A stretch of DNA of 32,000 bases, from assembly GCA_964449865.1 (NCBI GenBank), contig CAYVBR010000015.1, positions 173,341 to 205,340 on the forward strand, read 5' to 3'. Source of the stretch: an uncultured Candidatus Nitrosotenuis sp. GTDB taxonomy: Archaea; Thermoproteota; Nitrososphaeria; Nitrososphaerales; Nitrosopumilaceae. The notes beneath the pieces are model-generated. The model saw only the letters and a list, made by a program, of their open reading frames with translations, was not told the DNA's origin and did no database searches. The position numbers and the translations under genes are program-made. Of the stretch, positions 1-7,972 are shown in pieces. The first letter of the stretch is position 1. Each line of letters starts with the position of its first letter.

Positions 1-2000
1 ACAGACAGATGACTATAGTTCAGGCAAACGTTACTTTGCTTTACGAAAAAGCAGGGCAGGAATACGTCATAAACATGATTGATACTCCAGGCCACATTGA
101 CTTTACGGGAAGGGTAACTCGAAGCCTTAGGGCAATCGATGGCGCTGTGGTAGTATCTGACTCTGTAGAGGGAATCATGACTCAGACTGAAACCGTAACA
201 AGACAAGCACTGGAGGAGCGAGTCCGACCCGTTTTGTATATCAACAAAATCGACCGACTCATAAAAGAGCTAAGGCTTACTCCAGAAAAAATGCAAGAAT
301 GGCTAGTAAACATCATTACCACTTTTAACGGATTAATTGACACATACGCAGAACCCGAATACAAGGAGAAATGGAAGGTCTCAATTCAGGACGGCAGCGT
401 ATCGTTTGGCTCTGCAAAAGACAGGTGGGGCTTTAACATTGATATCATGAAAGAGAAAGGAATTTCATTTAAGGACATTTTCACTGCATATTCAGAAGGC
501 GGAAGCGTAGAAGATCTTGCAAAAAAGGCCCCGCTTGCAGAAGCAGTTCTGGGAATGGTCGTAAAACATCACCCACCACCACACATTGCACAAAAATACA
601 GAATTCCAAAAATCTGGAAAGGTGATCTGGATTCTGATATAGGCAAGGCGCTTTTGAATTGTGACGATACTGGTCCTGCAGTTATGATGATTGTAAACAT
701 GGCAATGGATCCTGCAGCTGGTCCTGTCGCAATAGGTCGACTGTTTGCCGGAACACTTCGAGACGGACAAACCGTAAATCTCATTGATACTAAGCGAGAG
801 GGAAAAATCCAATCTGTCAACTTTTTCATGGGCAACCAAAGAGAAATGGTCGGAGAACTTGGTGCCGGAAACATCCCTGCACTGCTTGGACTTACGGAAG
901 CTAGGGCAGGACAAACACTTTCAACTGTAAAAGAAGTTGCACTGTTTGAGGGAATCAAGTATGTGTCAGAGCCTGTGGTCCAGATAGCAGTCGAGGCGAA
1001 GCATCCAAAGGACTTGCCAAAACTAGTCGAGGCATTGCGAAGAATTACAATTGAAGATCCAAACCTGGTTGTCAAAATCAACGAGGAAAGCGGAGAAACA
1101 GTAATTGCCGGAATGGGCGTCTTGCACCTTGAAATCGCGGCATCCCTAATTGCCGACGCAGGCGTTCAGGTAGTCACATCGCAGCCTTTGATTAATTATA
1201 GAGAAACCATTCTGAGTGGAACTGATGCCGTCATGGCAAAATCGCCAAACAGGCACAACAAGATTTTCATGAGAGTGGAGCCACTTGAGCCAGAAATTGC
1301 AGACATGATACGAAGCGGCCAGCTTTCGGAAATGAAGGACAAAAAAGAAGTGGCTACAATTTTGCGATCAAAGGGCTGGGACTCTGACGTATCAAAGAAC
1401 ATCATGAAATTTGATCCTCGTGGAAATGTTATGATTAACGGAACAAAAGGTGTCCAGTTTATCCAAGAATCAACTGACTCTATCCTGTCTGGATTTGAGG
1501 ATGTGATGAAGGAGGGACCGCTTGCAAAAGAACAAGTGAGAAACTGCAAATTTACATTTACCCACTTTGTACCTCACGAGGACACTGCGCACAGAGGCCT
1601 CTCCCAACTGGGACCGGCGTCAAGACGCGCATGCATGGGTGCCATGCTAAAATCAAGCCCTATCCTGTTGGAGCCTCTTCTTGGAATCGAGGTTCGAGTT
1701 CCGCAAGACATGATCGGAAACGTTGCATCTGTCTTGTCTGGAAAAAGAGGCAAGGTACTTGATATGCAGCAAAAAGGAATCACAAGCATTGTTACTGGCG
1801 AAGTTCCAGCGTCTGAGACATTTGATTTGGCAGAAATAATGAGAGGCCAAACTGCCGGAAAGGCGATGTGGAACACCCACTTTAAGGCCTGGTCGCCAAT
1901 TCCAAAATCAATTCAGGCAACACTGATTGCAGATATCAGAAAGAGAAAGGGTCTAAGTCCAGAACCGCCAACTGCAGACGAGTTCATCGACAAAGAGTAA
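1..2000 (+). CDS. fusA: Translation elongation factor 2 (aEF-2), 5' end cut by window edge (codon phase starts at nt 3)
   Basis: GTPase motifs are present (DTPGHIDF, NKIDR). The diphthamide-site motif HEDTAHRGLSQ is in domain IV. The frame is open to the window start. The stop TAA at 1998..2000 lies inside the target-site duplication of the adjacent element. Confidence 0.95.
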   Translation, partial: RQMTIVQANVTLLYEKAGQEYVINMIDTPGHIDFTGRVTRSLRAIDGAVVVSDSVEGIMTQTETVTRQALEERVRPVLYINKIDRLIKELRLTPEKMQEWLVNIITTFNGLIDTYAEPEYKEKWKVSIQDGSVSFGSAKDRWGFNIDIMKEKGISFKDIFTAYSEGGSVEDLAKKAPLAEAVLGMVVKHHPPPHIAQKYRIPKIWKGDLDSDIGKALLNCDDTGPAVMMIVNMAMDPAAGPVAIGRLFAGTLRDGQTVNLIDTKREGKIQSVNFFMGNQREMVGELGAGNIPALLGLTEARAGQTLSTVKEVALFEGIKYVSEPVVQIAVEAKHPKDLPKLVEALRRITIEDPNLVVKINEESGETVIAGMGVLHLEIAASLIADAGVQVVTSQPLINYRETILSGTDAVMAKSPNRHNKIFMRVEPLEPEIADMIRSGQLSEMKDKKEVATILRSKGWDSDVSKNIMKFDPRGNVMINGTKGVQFIQESTDSILSGFEDVMKEGPLAKEQVRNCKFTFTHFVPHEDTAHRGLSQLGPASRRACMGAMLKSSPILLEPLLGIEVRVPQDMIGNVASVLSGKRGKVLDMQQKGITSIVTGEVPASETFDLAEIMRGQTAGKAMWNTHFKAWSPIPKSIQATLIADIRKRKGLSPEPPTADEFIDKE

Positions 2001-2003
2001 AAA
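1986..2003. repeat. Left copy of direct repeat / target-site duplication (atcgacaaagagtaaaaa)
   Basis: This 18-nt string is identical to 8519..8536. It covers the last four EF-2 codons (ATC GAC AAA GAG) plus the TAA stop. The final 5 A's overlap the first bases of the TIR, so the true TSD is 13-18 bp. Confidence 0.85.
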
Positions 2004-2037
2004 TAGTCACCCCCCTTCTGGTGCGTAAAAATCTGCA
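1999..2037 (+). repeat. Left terminal inverted repeat of casposon (39 bp, imperfect)
   Basis: The sequence is aaaaatagtcaccccccttctggtgcgtaaaaatctgca. The reverse complement of 8480..8518 is aaaaatagtctccccccactttacgcgtaaaaatctgca. About 32 of 39 positions match, with perfect outer 10 bp, a C6 run and an inner 14 bp. Confidence 0.85.
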
Positions 2038-2080
2038 TGAGTATCTTTTGAGAATCAGTCAACGGAATTCCAAAAATCAT

Positions 2081-2189
2081 GCATATAGAATTCTATATGC
2101 GTATTCTATATGCCTAGTTTGCAAATCCTATATGCCCAGATGATCAAACCTATAGGAATTCTATATGCGTGTCCTATATGCCTAGTTTG
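2081..2189. repeat. Subterminal iteron cluster: about seven copies of TYCTATATGC (one inverted, one degenerate), including a perfect 20-bp palindrome and a 34-bp direct repeat
   Basis: The palindrome gcatatagaattctatatgc is at 2081..2100. The 10-mer occurs at 2091, 2104, 2127, 2159 and 2172, plus an inverted copy at 2081 and a degenerate inverted copy at 2149. The 34-bp unit gaattctatatgcgtRtYctatatgcctagtttg is at 2088..2121 and 2156..2189, with 2 mismatches. Confidence 0.8.
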
Positions 2190-2246
2190 AGATTTTGTAG
2201 GTGTCAAAGGTATCAGTTCCAATGTGTGTCGTTTTGATGTGGGTTA

Positions 2247-2864
2247 CTAAAATTGTACAAGATCCAATTTATCGCCATTTTGCATCAACGTGTATTTTTT
2301 AGTGCCAGAGCTTTTTACTGATATCATATCTATGGCATCAAAGAGGATTTTCTTTTCCGCATCCGTTTTGCACAAACCACTGTAGAAATACCAAGCTAGT
2401 CCATCAACCATCATTTCTTCAAGAAAGGCTTTTCGCCATTCTTTTCCAGTCATAATATCCTCAATTTCCTGTTGAGTTTTCTGCTCCGCGTATAAGGGAT
2501 GTGGTAGTAACGATGCCAAAAGTTCCGTGATAGGGTAACTAGTAAATGAGAATTTACCTTTGGGAAGTTCTGCAGTTGTAGTTTTTGTGAGTATGCGTTC
2601 TAACTCCATTTCTGTTAATGCGTCAAAGAGAATTTTAAAATCCAATAGTGCTGACTCTGATTTTGCCCTCACTTCAGAAAAATATTTTGATAAATCTCTA
2701 TTTGTCCTTCGTTCCCATTTCTTCAATCCTGATAGTTTCTCGACTTGGTCTTTAGTCAAAAAGCCGTTTCTTCGTAATTCAAGTCGTTGTTTCGCTTTAT
2801 TCTGTAGTCGTTTCTTTTCATCTTGTGGTATTATTCGTAAATATTTGCGAATTTCATCATCCAT
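2247..2864 (-). CDS. Hypothetical protein, casposon-encoded (205 aa)
   Basis: This is a long ORF with a charged helical N-terminal half. It is divergent from the PolB operon across a 42-bp AT-rich spacer. I recognise no motif. Confidence 0.6.
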   Translation of the reverse strand: MDDEIRKYLRIIPQDEKKRLQNKAKQRLELRRNGFLTKDQVEKLSGLKKWERRTNRDLSKYFSEVRAKSESALLDFKILFDALTEMELERILTKTTTAELPKGKFSFTSYPITELLASLLPHPLYAEQKTQQEIEDIMTGKEWRKAFLEEMMVDGLAWYFYSGLCKTDAEKKILFDAIDMISVKSSGTKKYTLMQNGDKLDLVQF

Positions 2865-2906
2865 TTCGTATGATCAATTATCAATATTTCTAATTTATAT
2901 CATTTT

Positions 2907-3284
2907 ATGAAAAGATTAGAAACACTCAGAAACACGCTACAGAAAATTGATGACGAGATTCTAGACCTAGACAAATTCCGTGACACTCCAACTTTACGTA
3001 AATTCAGGCGTCAGTTGCAAGGAGAAGCAAGCGAAATCAGGGCTAAAATCGCAAAACTGGCAGAAACTCAGGAGCAAAAGAATACAGAACACCAAAAGAT
3101 CCTAGAAAGGGCAAGCAGAAACCGCAGTTCCAAGATGAGGCGAAATTGGAACTATCTACGAGCAATTCAGGCAAACTATTTTCCAAATCTTTCCTTGAAG
3201 GAAATCAGAAAACAGCATAAACTGCACAGGCAAGGTCTTGAATCATCAGTGTCAGACGTGGCTTGGAAAAACCCCAGCCCATGA
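2907..3284 (+). CDS. Hypothetical basic, coiled-coil-rich protein immediately upstream of PolB (125 aa)
   Basis: The ORF is rich in K/R/E/Q. Its TGA stop (3282..3284) overlaps an in-frame PolB ATG at 3281 (ATGA coupling). Confidence 0.6.
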   Translation: MKRLETLRNTLQKIDDEILDLDKFRDTPTLRKFRRQLQGEASEIRAKIAKLAETQEQKNTEHQKILERASRNRSSKMRRNWNYLRAIQANYFPNLSLKEIRKQHKLHRQGLESSVSDVAWKNPSP

Positions 3285-5152
3285 CTCCTTTTTTTCCAGT
3301 GTCAAAATCCAAGATCCTAGATAACATCAGAGTTATCAAACAGAACAGAAACCCAAACAATTCAAAACTGCGCAAAGTCGTTGCAATAGATACGGAGACT
3401 GAAAATGGCAATATTTTTCTCCTAGAGGATGATTCTGGAAGATTCCTAGATCAACACGATATCACGTTTGAAAATGTCGCAAGATTTCTTTTTCGATATG
3501 AGGGAACGTGGGTGTTTTGCTGGAATCTAGGCTATGATGCGATTTGTATTTTGAAACTGCTTCCAAGGCATATTTTGGACTCTTACAAGCACAACAGAAA
3601 ATTAAAGTTCAGATATTCTGGATATGAGATCAACTATATTCCAAACAAGCAACTAACATTACGAAAAGGAAAACATTCTGTCTCATTATACGACATGGCA
3701 CAATATTATGATAAAAAACCTCTTGCAAAGGCATTTTCTGAGAATTTCAATGAAATCTCCAAAGATTATCTGAAAATGAAGGAGTCAAGGCAGGACTTTA
3801 CATTATCACATTACCTGCGACACAAAAAACAGATTCGTGAATATTGCAAAATGGACTGTATTCTGACAAGGAAACTAGCTGAAAAATGGCTTGAAACTTT
3901 TTACAATGCGTTTGGGTTCTATCCAAGAAACTGGGTCAGTTCTGGATATTTGGGTGAAAAAGTGCTCATAAACAACGATATCTTTGTGCCTAGATTCAAC
4001 GAAGTTCCATATTTGGTTCAGGAACAGGCTTGGCTATCTTTCTACGGTGGACGGTTTGAACTGATCAAGCGCGGATTCATTGGCTATTGCTGTCTTTATG
4101 ATATCAATTCTGCATATCCTTTTGCACTGACTCAACTGCCTGATCTGACAAGAGGAAAATGGATTACTTCCAATAACATTCATCCAAAAACCAAAGTCGG
4201 ATTTTTTCACATCATAGCGGACATTAGTAATTCTGTCAAGGTATGTCCATTTCCGTTCCGAAACAAGAACAAGACCATAATCTACCCTTCGGGCAAATTT
4301 GAAACCTTTGTCACATTACATGAATTGTTGACAGTACAAAGAGATCCAAGAATCAAATACAAAATCTTGGAATCATACCAATTCATTCCAAACAAAAATT
4401 GTGGTTATCCATTCAGAGACTTTATTGGAATGATGTATGAGAAAAGGCTTGAATTAAAGAAACGGAATGATCCCCAGCAACAAGCACTCAAATTAATTCT
4501 AAATTCAATGTATGGGAAAACTGCACAGACTACAAATAATAGATTTGGAAACTTGTTCAATCCAGTAATTTCCTCATTTATCACAGGATTTGCAAGGGCA
4601 CAACTGTACCAGTTTGTCAGGGATAATAATTTGGAAAAAAATATAGTTGCATTCGCTACAGACTCTGTTGCAATTCAAAAGAAAATTCCTGATCTGAATA
4701 GTGAAAAGTTAGGAGAAATGAAATTAGACAAGGAATCTAATGATGCATACTATCTCTCAAACGGCTATTATCGGTTTAATGGAATTTGGAAGAATCGTGG
4801 AATCGGTAATGATCCGAGCGAAAAGAATGTCGAGATTGAGCACAAGGACACCATAGAAAACAAGGACGGTCAGTTGTACATAGAGGTAGAAACCACTCAA
4901 TTACAGCATCTGAAAAGTGCCATAATTCGCAATTTGCACAAGGACATAGGCAAGATTCGTACCTATCAAAGGAAGGTTTTCTTGAATTCAGATAGAAAAC
5001 GACTCTGGAATAGGGATCTGGAACGCATTGACGATGGAATATGGTGCGATTCTGCTCCTATTAACATGAGTGTTGACGGTGAGATTATTTCTATACAATC
5101 GGAGTTTGAGTGGATTGATGATGAAAAGTATGTGCCAGAGAGCGATCTTTAA
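3263..5152 (+). CDS. polB: Protein-primed family-B DNA polymerase (pPolB); alternative coupled start at 3281
   Basis: Exonuclease motifs are Exo I AIDTETE, Exo II WNLGYDAICIL and Exo III YCKMDCILT. Polymerase motifs are A (YDINSAYPFAL), B (KLILNSMYGKTAQ) and C (FATDSV). Confidence 0.88.
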   Translation: MEKPQPMTPFFPVSKSKILDNIRVIKQNRNPNNSKLRKVVAIDTETENGNIFLLEDDSGRFLDQHDITFENVARFLFRYEGTWVFCWNLGYDAICILKLLPRHILDSYKHNRKLKFRYSGYEINYIPNKQLTLRKGKHSVSLYDMAQYYDKKPLAKAFSENFNEISKDYLKMKESRQDFTLSHYLRHKKQIREYCKMDCILTRKLAEKWLETFYNAFGFYPRNWVSSGYLGEKVLINNDIFVPRFNEVPYLVQEQAWLSFYGGRFELIKRGFIGYCCLYDINSAYPFALTQLPDLTRGKWITSNNIHPKTKVGFFHIIADISNSVKVCPFPFRNKNKTIIYPSGKFETFVTLHELLTVQRDPRIKYKILESYQFIPNKNCGYPFRDFIGMMYEKRLELKKRNDPQQQALKLILNSMYGKTAQTTNNRFGNLFNPVISSFITGFARAQLYQFVRDNNLEKNIVAFATDSVAIQKKIPDLNSEKLGEMKLDKESNDAYYLSNGYYRFNGIWKNRGIGNDPSEKNVEIEHKDTIENKDGQLYIEVETTQLQHLKSAIIRNLHKDIGKIRTYQRKVFLNSDRKRLWNRDLERIDDGIWCDSAPINMSVDGEIISIQSEFEWIDDEKYVPESDL

Positions 5153-5176
5153 AAAAAACCAACGCTAATAGAAGTC

Positions 5177-6151
5177 ATGTCACAAAGTTGGGTGCATCAA
5201 TCTTGTCACGAAGTTTATAACTATTTGAAAACAATAGTGACACCAACATTACATATAGAAATCTTAGCCAATTCTAAATCTATTTGCACTATAGATGGAA
5301 TCCAAATAACAAACCAACATACACTCACATTAGCAAACTATGATGAAGTTCATGATGAAGTACTACAAGCCTTAAAATATGTTGGTGCGATTCCATTAAA
5401 TTTTTCTTTTATTGATAAAAATTCATTTAGTAAAGTTGAAAAATTAACAATTGCTGAAGATTTTGTGACATGGTACAACACACAGACATCGAAAAAAATG
5501 ATATTCATTGATACCAACATTATGCTACACCGAATTTTTTCATCTCTAGAACTTGCATTAGGTAGTTCTTTAGCTAGTAAAGATTTTGAAATCCCTAGAT
5601 TAACAATTTTAGAAATGGAGAGACAAGCAAATGCAAAAAACAACGAAGGAACATCCACAACTAACCACAAAGTTGGTCTAAAGAAAAGAAAAACATTGTT
5701 AGGATTTAGTGAACTATTATATCTTAAAAACAAAGGTGCTCAACACATGCCAGAACTGCCTTTGGAAACTTTAACTGGATTTAGTAATATTTCTGGAGAT
5801 GGGTTTACTGACGCGTGGATTAGACGAGAAATTAAGGATCGGAGGTTTTTCTTAATGCGTGCAGGTTCTGCTACGTTTCAGCTTTTTTTTACAGCTGATA
5901 TGGTCAACGCACTTTCAGCACTCGCTGAAGGGATTGATACTGTATACATTTCACCAGTACCGGAATGGGAAAAACATATTCAACAAATTAATTTGTCTCA
6001 AATCAGTCAATTGATTTGTTTTTTGGCTACATTACTTAATGACATAACAATAAACGTGAATTCGAACAAATCAAACATTAAAGGATTTTGGAGTGGAATA
6101 ACTACGTCTAACATAATAAATCGAGATATTCTTGTTCAAGCAATACCTTAG
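5177..6151 (+). CDS. Hypothetical protein with PIN-like nuclease signature (324 aa), casposon-encoded
   Basis: Acidic residues are spaced as in PIN domains: MIFIDTNIM, then ILEMERQ, then FTDAWIRREI, then FFTADMVNAL. The ~105-aa N-terminal extension is unrecognised. Confidence 0.6.
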   Translation: MSQSWVHQSCHEVYNYLKTIVTPTLHIEILANSKSICTIDGIQITNQHTLTLANYDEVHDEVLQALKYVGAIPLNFSFIDKNSFSKVEKLTIAEDFVTWYNTQTSKKMIFIDTNIMLHRIFSSLELALGSSLASKDFEIPRLTILEMERQANAKNNEGTSTTNHKVGLKKRKTLLGFSELLYLKNKGAQHMPELPLETLTGFSNISGDGFTDAWIRREIKDRRFFLMRAGSATFQLFFTADMVNALSALAEGIDTVYISPVPEWEKHIQQINLSQISQLICFLATLLNDITINVNSNKSNIKGFWSGITTSNIINRDILVQAIP

Positions 6152-6171
6152 CTAAAAATTTGTGGGAGATC

Positions 6172-6191
6172 TATGAAATGAGAATTTCATA
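6172..6191. terminator. Hairpin between convergent casposon genes (8-bp stem tatgaaat/atttcata, loop gaga)
   Basis: A perfect inverted repeat sits in the 41-bp gap between the 3' ends of the ORFs at 5177..6151 (+) and 6193..6846 (-). A terminator function is inferred only. Confidence 0.3.
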
Positions 6192-6192
6192 A

Positions 6193-6846
6193 CTACAGAT
6201 TTGCCACATCTTTGCAATACTGTTCTGTATCTCCGATATCTTTTCTATTCTCAAATTCATTTTTTAATGCTGTAAAATGTCTTAACGTTTTCTTATTCAA
6301 TTTTTGTCTGGTTTCTATTTCAACTCTTAAGGTTTTCCAATCCCTTACTATCATTTCACCGTACGTATCAAAGAACAACTCTTTGTTAATTAATCCATTC
6401 AATACTAGAACTGACACTTGATCTAACGAAGACAGTACGAGATCTACATTATCTTCCAAATCGTCAGTGTCAACGGCATTTTTAAAAACAATATCTAATT
6501 TTGCTTTTTTCAGTCTACAATATTCGTTATGAATCCGTGTCCTCGCTTTACGAACATCTGCCCTACTCAATAACTCAAAAACTTTTGTAAGAGTATCTTT
6601 TTGCAATTGTTTGTATTTGAAATGATTATTTGTTATTGCGATCATTATTGATGCAATTATTCCAAACCCAGCTAACGCCGCAGCTAATTTCTTATCATAA
6701 GATAACATATTTTCAGGCAATACGACAATAGAGATAGCAAAAAGAACGGCAAGTATGCCGACATTTCTCATATCTTTCTTAAACGCATCTCTAATCTTGG
6801 TAAATCCGTTTGAAAATTCTATGTGTGAGCTTTGTTTCTCTCTCAT
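6193..6846 (-). CDS. Membrane-anchored hypothetical protein (217 aa, two N-terminal TM helices), casposon-encoded
   Basis: The hydrophobic segments are GILAVLFAISIVVL and LAAALAGFGIIASIMIAI. The C-terminal helical domain carries the pattern LDQVSVLVLNGLINKELFFDTYGEMI. Confidence 0.65.
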   Translation of the reverse strand: MREKQSSHIEFSNGFTKIRDAFKKDMRNVGILAVLFAISIVVLPENMLSYDKKLAAALAGFGIIASIMIAITNNHFKYKQLQKDTLTKVFELLSRADVRKARTRIHNEYCRLKKAKLDIVFKNAVDTDDLEDNVDLVLSSLDQVSVLVLNGLINKELFFDTYGEMIVRDWKTLRVEIETRQKLNKKTLRHFTALKNEFENRKDIGDTEQYCKDVANL

Positions 6847-6922
6847 TTACAATCCAGTATTATCATCATCCTATAATTCAACTTGCCTACTGTTACTAAA
6901 CTAAATAGTTACAATATTCTTT

Positions 6923-7972
6923 CTAGGTAGCAATCAAAAAATTATGAATTGTAATTTTTACTATGGTAATTTCCTGACACAATGACATTCCGTTTTCTTT
7001 TTTCAATCCATGTTTGAACTTATACGGTCTTTCAGACTGGAGTTTCCTTTCCAATACTTCCAAAAACCTACGAATCAAATCGGTATCCATCACCACATTT
7101 CCGTCTTTAGTATGGGTGTAATCCTTGAATCTGATTCCATTTCTGTCCAGAATTGAAAATTTGTAAACTGAATGCTCAACAAGCCACCTAAAAGGTTCAA
7201 TCAGATCATACACCAAAGCCTGAAATGAGGTATCTGGTTTGTGATAGAATCCATAGTAAGGATCTAATCCTAAACCGTTGACAAACTTGGCAATCTCTCC
7301 TGCCAAAACGGTATAACCGTAATTCAAAAGGGCATTGATAATATCTGAGGCATAGCGCTTTGAATTGACAAGACCGCCGCCCCGCCTTGACTGAAAACTA
7401 TGTCTTTCTGGAATTAATTTAGCATAGTTTAGAAAATAATACCTTCCACTTCCCGCCTCTATTTTGATCAATTCCTTAAGATTTGTCTTGGAATCAATTT
7501 GGGAATGATATTGCTCTAGTTTTGAAATCCCATCTAGTTCCGGATTTTCTAAAGACTTGAAAAAGTTGATTTGTGCTTGAATCTTTTCCTTTAGAATCCA
7601 TTTTTGTAAATGCAAGACTTTGACAGGATCCCGAAAAGTGTCGTATTGATCCATTCGATATTTTATTGCAGTATTGGAAACCATTCCACCATTCATGAAT
7701 GATACTGGATTGCCGTAAGTATCGGTTAGAATAACGTTGATGTTGTTTTGACTTAGTAATGAAATGGCTTCAGTTGAAACATAGCCTTTTCCAGAAATCA
7801 CGATCTTCTCGTATGGGATTTTAGACACAAACCACTCTTCCTTTTCAGAGATTCCAGTTATGTCATTTTGACCGTTTTTTAGAATCAGATGATTGTCTTT
7901 TACGTTAATTGAGATTCCATAGCCACGAAGGAGTTTTACGTTGTAGTGATTTCGTTGTCCTTTTTCAGTCAT
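6923..7972 (-). CDS. cas1: Cas1-family integrase (casposase), 349 aa
   Basis: Cas1 signature blocks are present: IEAGSGRYYF (catalytic Glu), NALLNYGYTVL, GLDPYYGFYH (catalytic His) and LVYDLIEPFR (catalytic Asp/Glu pair). The N-terminal beta-rich domain has YGISINVKDNHLILKNG. Confidence 0.92.
   Translation of the reverse strand: MTEKGQRNHYNVKLLRGYGISINVKDNHLILKNGQNDITGISEKEEWFVSKIPYEKIVISGKGYVSTEAISLLSQNNINVILTDTYGNPVSFMNGGMVSNTAIKYRMDQYDTFRDPVKVLHLQKWILKEKIQAQINFFKSLENPELDGISKLEQYHSQIDSKTNLKELIKIEAGSGRYYFLNYAKLIPERHSFQSRRGGGLVNSKRYASDIINALLNYGYTVLAGEIAKFVNGLGLDPYYGFYHKPDTSFQALVYDLIEPFRWLVEHSVYKFSILDRNGIRFKDYTHTKDGNVVMDTDLIRRFLEVLERKLQSERPYKFKHGLKKENGMSLCQEITIVKITIHNFLIAT

Noticed and set aside
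182-1880. Five minus-strand ORFs (60-170 aa) lie inside the EF-2 gene.
   Set aside because: They are antisense to a highly conserved, clearly coding gene. The translations are Ser/Cys/Phe-rich low-complexity sequence typical of shadow ORFs.
2560-2910. A 116-aa plus-strand ORF overlaps the gene at 2247..2864 (minus strand).
   Set aside because: It is a shadow ORF of the longer opposite-strand gene, with Ser/Phe-rich composition.
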